Shown piece by piece: positions 17,279 to 24,800 of a stretch of DNA of 64,000 nt. The notes under the pieces were generated by a model. That model was given only the letters and a program-made list of their open reading frames with translations, ran no database searches and was not told the origin of the DNA. The stretch is from Planctomycetota bacterium (GTDB lineage Bacteria > Planctomycetota > UBA1135). The position numbers and the translations under genes are program-made. The stretch is from positions 43,552-107,551 of the forward strand of contig JAQBXR010000007.1 in NCBI GenBank assembly GCA_027623295.1, written 5' to 3'. Within the stretch, counting starts at the first letter, position 1. Each line of letters begins with the position of its first letter.

Positions 17279-17830
17279 ATGTCTGACCATAAAGGATTCG
17301 TACTCTGGTTCACCGGCCTATCCGGTTCTGGCAAGTCCACCCTCTCTCGCATGATTGAAGGTGAATTGCGTAAGCGCGACTGCAAGGTCGAAGTTCTCGA
17401 TGGCGATGAAGTTCGCGAGAACCTCTCCAAAGGCCTCGGTTTCTCCAAGGAGGACCGCGACACCAACGTGCGTCGTATCGGCTACGTTGCCAAGCTGCTT
17501 AGCCGCAATGGTGCTATCTGCATCACTGCTGCAATCTCTCCATACAAGGACGTGCGTGACCAGTGTCGCGCGATGAACCGTCACTTCGTTGAAATCTACG
17601 CAGAGTGCTCGATTGAGGAGCTCACTCGCCGCGACGTCAAGGGTCTTTACGAAAAGGCTTTGTCTGGTGAGATCAAGCACTTCACCGGCATTTCGGATCC
17701 TTACGAGGCTCCTGAGAAGGCGGAAGTCACGATCAACTCTGAAACTCAGTCAGAAGAGGAATCGCTCAAATCCATCATGGATTACCTCGAAGGTCAGGGT
17801 TACATCCCGGCCGTCGCAGCAAACGCATAG
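17279..17830 (+). CDS. cysC: Adenylylsulfate (APS) kinase
   Basis: P-loop FTGLSGSGKSTL, LDGDEVR and the SPYKDVR block. 183 aa. Confidence 0.92.
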   Translation: MSDHKGFVLWFTGLSGSGKSTLSRMIEGELRKRDCKVEVLDGDEVRENLSKGLGFSKEDRDTNVRRIGYVAKLLSRNGAICITAAISPYKDVRDQCRAMNRHFVEIYAECSIEELTRRDVKGLYEKALSGEIKHFTGISDPYEAPEKAEVTINSETQSEEESLKSIMDYLEGQGYIPAVAANA

Positions 17831-17844
17831 TTTGGTTTCAAATA

Positions 17845-17890
17845 CTGAGGGGAACGGGGAAAAAAGCCCTTTCCCCTCAGTTCTATTTCA
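17845..17890 (+). terminator. Candidate intrinsic terminator after cysC
   Basis: A 10-bp perfect stem pairs CTGAGGGGAA (17845-54) with TTCCCCTCAG (17871-80). The loop is 16 nt and is followed by TTCTATTTCA. The large loop and interrupted T-run lower my confidence. Confidence 0.45.
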
Positions 17891-17911
17891 CGCATAATTC
17901 ACCCCTTCGCC

Positions 17912-20077
17912 ATGAAGCGGTCCCGCAGATTCCTTCTCCCCCTCGCTGTTCTATTTGCATGGCTCAGCGCCCCCGACCCCGCCTCGGCCTACATTGGCCC
18001 CGGTGCGGGTTTCGCATTCCTGTCAGGTGGCTTGGTCCTCATTGGATCCCTGTTCCTGGCGGTCGGCATCCTGCTGATCTACCCATTGAAGATGATCTTT
18101 CGGATTGCCACTGGCGCCGGAAAGATTAAAGGCGATATCAAACGCCTCGTCATCATCGGTTTCGATGGCATGGACCCTCGCCTTGCGCAGCGGTTCATGG
18201 ACGAAGGTCGCATGCCCAATATGAAGGCGTTAGCAGAGGAGGGGAGTTTCTCTCCACTGCAAACGGCATACCCTTCCATGTCGCCGGTTGCGTGGTCGTC
18301 GTTCTCGACAGGTGTAGATGCTTCGCGGCACAACATCTTCGACTTTATTACGCGCGATCCTTGCACGTACATGCCGATCCTTTCCAGCACCGAGATCACC
18401 TCGGCTGAGAAGGCTTTGGTGAAGATTGGCAAGTTGGAATTGTTCAAGCGGCCGAGCTCAAGTATCAAGTTGTTGCGTAAAGGAACTCCTTGGTGGAAGA
18501 CTCTGGGTGATAAGAAGATCTTTTCCAACATCATTCGCGTGCCGATTACCTTCCCACCGGAAGAGCATCATGGCGTGTTGCTGAGTGGCATGTGTGTTCC
18601 TGACTTGAAGGGAACCCAAGGCAGTTTCACTTTTTGGACTAGCGATGAATCCCTCACTGGCCCCGATGCCGGCGGCGATGTGTTGTTAGTAGGCAAAAAT
18701 GGTAACGCCTATCGTTGTCCAATCACTGGCCCGCCCGATCCATCGCAAGCGCAGGCTACGCCAATGCGCGTGCCGATGAAGGTTGAGGTTCTGGTAGACG
18801 GCGAGAAGCTTCGCCTGACCATTGGCGCCAAAGGCAAGCAGCAAATCGTAAACCTGGGCGTCAAGGAATACTCCGAGTGGATTACTCTCGAGTTCAGGGC
18901 TGCCAAAGGCAAAGCCAAGGTCACCGGAATCGCTCGCTTCTACTGCATGGGCACCGATCCTGAGTTTGGCCTCTATATGACGCCAATCCAGATCGATCCA
19001 GCAAACCCAGCGATGCCGATTTCGCATCCAACGGTTTACTCGATCTACCTTGCTAAAAAGCACGGTCCATTTTCCACGCTTGGACTTGCCGAAGATACTT
19101 GGGCATTGAACGAACGCGTCATTGATGAGGAAGCGTTCTGGAAGCAGGCGCTAAACATCTGGGATGAGCGTCGTTTGCAGTTGTTTGATTCGCTGCAGAA
19201 TACTCCAAAGGGTTCCATCGTCTGTGTCTTCGATGGTACCGACCGCGTGTCACACATGTTCCACCGTTACTTGGACCCAAGTCACCCTGCCAACGAAGGC
19301 AAGGATACCGAGTGGGGCAAGGACAAGGTCGCCGAGATTTATTCCATCGCCGATGGTTTGGTCGGAGACGTGCGCAAGAAACTGAACCCGAAGAAGGATC
19401 GTTTAATGATCATCTCGGACCATGGTTTCTGTCAGTTCAAGCGCGGAGTGAACCTCAACGCTTGGTTGCGTGACAATGGTTACTTGGTCTTGAAGGACGA
19501 TGCACCAGTCGATGAAGCCTCCGGCAAGCCCACTTCGCGTGACTGGCTGAGGGATGTCGATTGGACTAAAACTAAAGCGTTTGCGCTTGGCCTTACCGGC
19601 ATGTTCATCAACCGCAAAGCCCGCGAGCGCGATGGCATTGTGGAAGAAGGCGCTGAGTTGGAAGCCTTGAAGGCAGAAATCATTGCCAAGCTTTCCGCCG
19701 TGAAGGATCCCAAAGACGGTGAGTTGATCTTCAAGGAGGTCTTCGATGCCGGCAAAATCTTTACCGGACCTTACGTCTTCCAAGCTCCTGACTTGTTCAT
19801 GGGCTATAAGCGTGGTTACCGCAACTCATGGGATTGCGCGACGGGCGCTTGCCCGGTCGAGGTGTTCTCGGATAACACCAAGTCGTGGTCGGGTGACCAC
19901 TGCATTGATCCGCGCGAGGTTCCAGGAGTCATTTTCTCCGATACTCCGCTCAACACCGATACGCCAAACCTAATGGACCTCGGCCCAACTGCCCTGCGTC
20001 TGTTCGATGTTGACGTGCCAAAATACATGCAAGGCCAACCGTTGTTTGGTGAACGCAAAGAAAAGGTGAAGTCATGA
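17912..20077 (+). CDS. Alkaline-phosphatase-superfamily enzyme, type I phosphodiesterase/NPP-like (large paralog 2)
   Basis: VIIGFDGMDP, SMSPVAWSSFSTGVDASRHNIFDF, MIISDHGFCQF and KSWSGDHCID. The N-terminus has two hydrophobic segments (FLLPLAVLFAWLSA and AYIGPGAGFAFLSGGLVLIGSLFLAVGILLIYPL). Confidence 0.8.
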   Translation: MKRSRRFLLPLAVLFAWLSAPDPASAYIGPGAGFAFLSGGLVLIGSLFLAVGILLIYPLKMIFRIATGAGKIKGDIKRLVIIGFDGMDPRLAQRFMDEGRMPNMKALAEEGSFSPLQTAYPSMSPVAWSSFSTGVDASRHNIFDFITRDPCTYMPILSSTEITSAEKALVKIGKLELFKRPSSSIKLLRKGTPWWKTLGDKKIFSNIIRVPITFPPEEHHGVLLSGMCVPDLKGTQGSFTFWTSDESLTGPDAGGDVLLVGKNGNAYRCPITGPPDPSQAQATPMRVPMKVEVLVDGEKLRLTIGAKGKQQIVNLGVKEYSEWITLEFRAAKGKAKVTGIARFYCMGTDPEFGLYMTPIQIDPANPAMPISHPTVYSIYLAKKHGPFSTLGLAEDTWALNERVIDEEAFWKQALNIWDERRLQLFDSLQNTPKGSIVCVFDGTDRVSHMFHRYLDPSHPANEGKDTEWGKDKVAEIYSIADGLVGDVRKKLNPKKDRLMIISDHGFCQFKRGVNLNAWLRDNGYLVLKDDAPVDEASGKPTSRDWLRDVDWTKTKAFALGLTGMFINRKARERDGIVEEGAELEALKAEIIAKLSAVKDPKDGELIFKEVFDAGKIFTGPYVFQAPDLFMGYKRGYRNSWDCATGACPVEVFSDNTKSWSGDHCIDPREVPGVIFSDTPLNTDTPNLMDLGPTALRLFDVDVPKYMQGQPLFGERKEKVKS

Positions 20078-22218
20078 AGCACACGCTAAAACTTGCCGCC
20101 GTCTTGGTTGCTGGAATGAGTCTTCTAGGTTGTGGTGAAAAACAATCCGAGACTCGTGTGGTCGTGTTCGGTGTGGACGGATTAGATCCGGAAATGCTGC
20201 AAGAACGCGTCGACAGGGGCATGATGCCTAACTTCAAGAAGTTGTTGGATAACGGCTCGACTTTCGCGCCGCTGCAAACTTCTTGGCCTCCGCAATCGCC
20301 AGTCGCATGGTCGAACTTCATCTCGGGTGTGAATCCGGGTAAGCATGGTTTGTATGACTTCATTCATGCGGACTACACGCAGAAAAACTACGGTGTGAAG
20401 TCTTCCATGGCGGAAACTACCCCAGTGGGGCGTGACATCACCTTGTTTGGTTATGATATTCCGTTGACCGGGGGAGTCACTTCTAGCACGCGTAAGTTCC
20501 CAGCCTTCTGGGAAGTCCTGGCCGATGCAGAGGTGCCGACCTACGTGCACCGCATGCCGGCAAGTTTTCCGCTTACCGAAACCACTGCTACGGTATTCCC
20601 GGACATGGGGACGACGGATATGGTCGGCGCAATGTCTGGAATTTCTTATCTTTGGACCGAAAATGAGTTCAAGGGCAAGAGTTTGGTGGGAGAGTCTTAT
20701 CGCGTGGAGAAAGTAGAACTCAACCGTCGTAATGAGGACATGTGGCTTCAGTGGACCAAGCTTTACGGACCAGCAGAAACCATTCTCAATGTCGATGACC
20801 TCAAGCATCAAATCCACGAGGCGATTGAGGCCGGCAACAACGAAAAGGCCAATGCACTGCAAAAGGAGATCGAGCGTAAGCAAGAAGTCTCCGTTCCAGT
20901 CGCGCTGATGGTTGACAACACCGGCGATGCCCCGCAACTCGCGGTGCAAATCGAAGATCAATACGCCACCGCCGGATTAGGTGAGTGGAGTAACTGGGTG
21001 CAGGTGGAATTCTCGGTGCTTGGCGGCCTGATGCCGCTTACCGGATACACCCGTTTCCGCTTTATGTCTGCGCAACCATTCGAAGTTTACGCCCTGCCGA
21101 TTCAGTTCGATCCTTATGCGCCGGCAACGGAGATTTCCATGCCGCCAGAAGCAAGTGCTGAACTCGCCGAAGCGATTGGCCCCTATATGGTGCAGGGATT
21201 CGCCGATGCCTACAAGTCCTACAAAGCCGAGTTGTTGGATACTTCTGGCTTTATCAACCAGTCCGACATGGCTCTGGATGAACGCACCAAAATGATGCAC
21301 TACGGTCTCGATCAAATCGAGGAGACCGGCGGACTCTTGTTCCTCTACACGGGGTCATTGGACATGCGCTGTCACATGTTGTGGCACACCTCCGATGACA
21401 TACACCCGCACCAAGAGGAAGCTGGTGAGTACTTAGGCGTTCCTTACGACGAGCAGATTGATCGCATTTACATGCAGGTCGACACCATGCTCGGCGAAAT
21501 GGTCGCACGCATTGAAAAGATGGAAGTGGAGTCCGGTGAGAAAATCGAACTCATCGTCATGTCGGACCACGGCTTTGCGCCTTTCCATCGCAAGATGCAC
21601 ATCAATGATTGGTTGGTGCAAGAGGGTTACTTGGTGCTGAAAGATGGCATCACCGAAACTAGTGACCTCAATCTTGATCTCGATGCCGATGGCCATCCGA
21701 TTAAAGGTTCTGGCCCAGTGGATTGGTCGAAAACCACGGCTTACTGCATTGGCTTTAACGGCATCCTGCTGAACCGCGTAGAGCGCGAAGGCGAAGGCAT
21801 CGTTACCGACGAGGAAGTGGAGGCCTTGCTCACCGAGATTACCGGCAAGTTGCTCGCACTCGAAGATGGCGGAGTGCCAGTCCTCACCCGCGTGCTTCCA
21901 GCAACCGAAGTCTTCCAGGGGCCAGCCGAAGTCATGAAGTTTGCCCCGGACCTGCAACTCGGATTTAATACCGGCTTTGGCGCTTCTGATGAATGCGCGA
22001 TTGGCGGTGTCGTCGGTGGGGGAGAATTCCTCGTCGACAATGATTCCCGCTGGTCGGGATCGCACCTCATGGATCCTGAACTCGTTCGGGGCACCATCAT
22101 CTCTACGTCTGGCAAAACCTTCTCGAAGGACCCAGCGCTAGAAGATATCACTGCAACCCTCTACAGTCTGTTCAACGTGGCTCCCCCCGAGGGCACCGAC
22201 GGACTACCTCTTTACTAA
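20074..22218 (+). CDS. Alkaline-phosphatase-superfamily enzyme, type I phosphodiesterase/NPP-like (large paralog 3, lipoprotein)
   Basis: ATGA overlap with paralog 2. The lipobox signal is VLVAGMSLLGC-GE. Motifs VVVFGVDGLDP, PQSPVAWSNFISGVNPGKHGLYDF, IVMSDHGFAPF and SRWSGSHLMD are present. Confidence 0.8.
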   Translation: MKHTLKLAAVLVAGMSLLGCGEKQSETRVVVFGVDGLDPEMLQERVDRGMMPNFKKLLDNGSTFAPLQTSWPPQSPVAWSNFISGVNPGKHGLYDFIHADYTQKNYGVKSSMAETTPVGRDITLFGYDIPLTGGVTSSTRKFPAFWEVLADAEVPTYVHRMPASFPLTETTATVFPDMGTTDMVGAMSGISYLWTENEFKGKSLVGESYRVEKVELNRRNEDMWLQWTKLYGPAETILNVDDLKHQIHEAIEAGNNEKANALQKEIERKQEVSVPVALMVDNTGDAPQLAVQIEDQYATAGLGEWSNWVQVEFSVLGGLMPLTGYTRFRFMSAQPFEVYALPIQFDPYAPATEISMPPEASAELAEAIGPYMVQGFADAYKSYKAELLDTSGFINQSDMALDERTKMMHYGLDQIEETGGLLFLYTGSLDMRCHMLWHTSDDIHPHQEEAGEYLGVPYDEQIDRIYMQVDTMLGEMVARIEKMEVESGEKIELIVMSDHGFAPFHRKMHINDWLVQEGYLVLKDGITETSDLNLDLDADGHPIKGSGPVDWSKTTAYCIGFNGILLNRVEREGEGIVTDEEVEALLTEITGKLLALEDGGVPVLTRVLPATEVFQGPAEVMKFAPDLQLGFNTGFGASDECAIGGVVGGGEFLVDNDSRWSGSHLMDPELVRGTIISTSGKTFSKDPALEDITATLYSLFNVAPPEGTDGLPLY

Positions 22219-22239
22219 CCTCCTGGACCGGAGAACATC

Positions 22240-22437
22240 ATGTTTGGTGGAAATAAACTAAAGATCAATAAGGACATTATCGAGCGCTGCAAAAAGTGTT
22301 CGGAGGTCGCTGGCTACTCTTCTGTAGAAGAGTTCGTCGAGCACATTCTCGAGAAGGAACTGAAAGGCATCGAAGGTGCTGGCACTTCCGACGAAGCGAT
22401 TACCGAAAGCCTGCGCGGCCTCGGTTACATCAGCTAA
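22240..22437 (+). CDS. Small ribbon-helix-helix-like protein, paralog 2
   Basis: KLKINKDIIERCKKCSEVAGYSSVEEFVEHILEKEL aligns with VTVKIPRPLYRRIQQVIANTGFSSPTEFIVYVLRDL of paralog 1. The C-terminal LRGLGYIS aligns with LKNLGYL. Confidence 0.6.
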   Translation: MFGGNKLKINKDIIERCKKCSEVAGYSSVEEFVEHILEKELKGIEGAGTSDEAITESLRGLGYIS

Positions 22438-22466
22438 CTTAAAACGAAACGAAAAACCCTACCACG

Positions 22467-23390
22467 ATGAAACAACGAATCATCGTCATCGGCATCTGTG
22501 CAATCCTTGTGGCAGTTGGCATGCTTGCGCCAACCGTCATGAACGCCATTTTTGATGTCTTCGACTTAGCCTTCGGTTGGGCCGGCCCGTTTGCGGTCGT
22601 CACCATAGTTTCCGGATTGGTTGGGGTGTTGTTCATCCTTGCCTTCCCGCACGTTTCCTCACAGAAAGGAATCAAGTCGGTGAAGTCAAAGATTAGCTAC
22701 AACCTAGTTTCGATTCGCCTATTCCAAGACGACTTGCCAACCGTGATGCGGTCCCTAGGCGCCACGCTTACTTGGAACTTTACTTACCTTGGGTTGAACC
22801 TGCTTCCAATGGTGGTGCTTGCCGCGCCATTCATGATTGTGTGGTTTCAGCTCAACGCGCTTTATGCTTATCAACCGGTGCATGCTGGCTCCGAGCAGAT
22901 GGTCGTGGTGGAGTTAAGTGAGTCGGTTGCAGATCCAAGTGAAGTGGTTGTCACCATGCCAGACGGCGAGGTGCTCGGCTCCCGGGTCAACTTGGGCAAG
23001 CGCTACAACACCGAAGATCCTCCGGTGCAGCAAGCCGCAACTTTGTTGGTGCGCTACATCCCAAGTACCGAGGGCAGCCAAGCGCTCACCTTCAGCTACG
23101 CCGGAGAGAGTGTTACCAAGACGGTTGAGGTAGACACCGATCCGCGTCGTTTGGCGCGCATCCGCACCTCTGACCCATTGGGTGGATTTGTAGCGGCGGT
23201 CGACCCGATTGTCTACTTCGGTGACCCAGTCCTGCCTTCGAGCAGCTTCGTGCGCAACGTCACGGTCAACTACGCAGTGGCTCCACTCTGGTTCATGGCT
23301 GGCGGTGAAATGTCCATCATGATTTGGTTTGTGGTGGTCTCCATGATTGTCGGCTTCGGACTGAAAGGCCCACTTGGGGTTGAGATCTAA
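22467..23390 (+). CDS. Membrane protein of unknown function
   Basis: The N-terminal half has about 4 hydrophobic segments, followed by a soluble middle region of about 120 aa and a C-terminal TM (MSIMIWFVVVSMIVGFGL). It lies 29 nt after RHH paralog 2. Confidence 0.6.
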   Translation: MKQRIIVIGICAILVAVGMLAPTVMNAIFDVFDLAFGWAGPFAVVTIVSGLVGVLFILAFPHVSSQKGIKSVKSKISYNLVSIRLFQDDLPTVMRSLGATLTWNFTYLGLNLLPMVVLAAPFMIVWFQLNALYAYQPVHAGSEQMVVVELSESVADPSEVVVTMPDGEVLGSRVNLGKRYNTEDPPVQQAATLLVRYIPSTEGSQALTFSYAGESVTKTVEVDTDPRRLARIRTSDPLGGFVAAVDPIVYFGDPVLPSSSFVRNVTVNYAVAPLWFMAGGEMSIMIWFVVVSMIVGFGLKGPLGVEI

Positions 23391-23495
23391 GGCTTAGGCC
23401 TCCGTTACTCCCCATAGGAATCGCATTCTTGCTTTTCCTCTTTTAGAGCACCACTGAGACACCCCACGCAGCCCTGCTAACATGGGCGCGTGAAG

Positions 23496-24800
23496 ATGCA
23501 TACCAAGATTGCCCTAGCCATGGTGCTGGGCGCCCTCGCAGGATGGGGGCTTCAGACATTCGCTGAGGCTGATTACCTCACCACCACTGTGATGAAAGGT
23601 GGCCTGGAGGCGCAACTCCAGGTGCTCGACCCGGAGAGTCAACGCGCCGCATGGTTGACGCCCTTTGTCATGGCCGCCGACATCTTTATGCGGCTGCTGA
23701 AAATGCTCATCGTGCCGTTGGTTTTGAGCAGTATTGTGACCGGCGTTGCAGGCATCTCTGGTGGCAAAGAATTCGGACGCCTGGGCATGAAGACCATGGC
23801 GTATTACATGTCGACTTCTATGCTCGCCATCATTACGGGCTTGCTGGTCATTAACATTACCGCGCCCGGGGTCGATGCCGCGCTGAACCTAGCCATCCCG
23901 GAGAACTTCAATCCCGGCGAAGGCTCGAGCTTCCTCGACATTTTGCAACGCATGGTGCCGCCGAACATCTTCAGCGCCCTTTCCGATAACGGGCAGATGC
24001 TGCAAATCATTGTTTTCGCTCTGCTGCTCGGCACCTTCATCGGCCGCGTGGGCGAACCGCACTCCACCCGCATGCGCGAGTTTTTCGACAGCTTCTTCGC
24101 CGTCATGATGGCGATTGCAACCGCAGTCCTCAAACTCATCCCATACGGCGTGTTTGCGCTGGTAGCCAAAGTGGTCGGAGAAACCGGTTTCGAGGTCTTC
24201 GTTCCACTTCTGAAGTACATGGGCATTGTCGCTTTTGCCCTGCTCTTCCACGCCGGTGTGGTGCTGCCACTCATCCTGAAGTTCGTCGGCGGCATCTCGC
24301 CCATGGCATGGTTCAAAGCCATGTCTCCAGCCCTGATGACGGCGCTGTCCACCTCGTCCTCGTCCGTCACCCTGCCGGTTTCTATGGAGAGTGCGGAGCA
24401 CCGCGGCGGCGTATCGAATAAGCACACTTCTTTTGTGCTTCCACTCGGCGCCACCATCAATATGGATGGAACTGCCCTGTACGAATGCGTCGGCGTGATG
24501 TTCCTTTGCCAGTATTACGCTTCGACGGGAGACTTCGACCTCACTATGGGCAAGCAAATCTTCATCGTGATGACGGCGCTGTTTGCGTCCATCGGAGCTG
24601 CCGGAATCCCATCTGCCGGACTCATTATGATGACCGCGATCCTCAGCGCGCTCGGCCTTCCCACCGAAGGCGCACTCATGCTGCTCGCCATCGACCGTCC
24701 ACTCGACATGCTCCGCACCATGGTCAACGTGTGGTCTGATTCTTGTGGCGCCGCACTCATCGCAAAGTCCGAAGGCGATGCAATACTATCCCAATCATGA
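23496..24800 (+). CDS. Dicarboxylate/amino acid:cation symporter (DAACS family)
   Basis: MTALSTSSSSVTLPV (compare the SSSAATLP motif), LGATINMDGTALYE and NVWSDSCGAA. ATG at 23496 (the ORF-track GTG is at 23490). Confidence 0.85.
   Translation: MHTKIALAMVLGALAGWGLQTFAEADYLTTTVMKGGLEAQLQVLDPESQRAAWLTPFVMAADIFMRLLKMLIVPLVLSSIVTGVAGISGGKEFGRLGMKTMAYYMSTSMLAIITGLLVINITAPGVDAALNLAIPENFNPGEGSSFLDILQRMVPPNIFSALSDNGQMLQIIVFALLLGTFIGRVGEPHSTRMREFFDSFFAVMMAIATAVLKLIPYGVFALVAKVVGETGFEVFVPLLKYMGIVAFALLFHAGVVLPLILKFVGGISPMAWFKAMSPALMTALSTSSSSVTLPVSMESAEHRGGVSNKHTSFVLPLGATINMDGTALYECVGVMFLCQYYASTGDFDLTMGKQIFIVMTALFASIGAAGIPSAGLIMMTAILSALGLPTEGALMLLAIDRPLDMLRTMVNVWSDSCGAALIAKSEGDAILSQS

Noticed and set aside
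20182-22151. Minus-strand ORFs of 259, 210, 136 and 112 aa opposite AP paralog 3
   Set aside because: They are antisense to a gene with strong conserved blocks shared with two paralogs. No motifs are present and the composition looks biased.
23804-24557. Two minus-strand ORFs (218 and 222 aa) opposite the DAACS transporter
   Set aside because: They are antisense to a transporter with the family SSS..TLP and NMDGTA motifs. The ORFs are Arg/His-rich with no motifs.
24743-24796. Upstream extension of lon (MWRRTHRKVRRRCNTIPI)
   Set aside because: It overlaps the transporter 3' end. ATG 24797 gives a classic ATGA junction and a normal Lon N-terminus.
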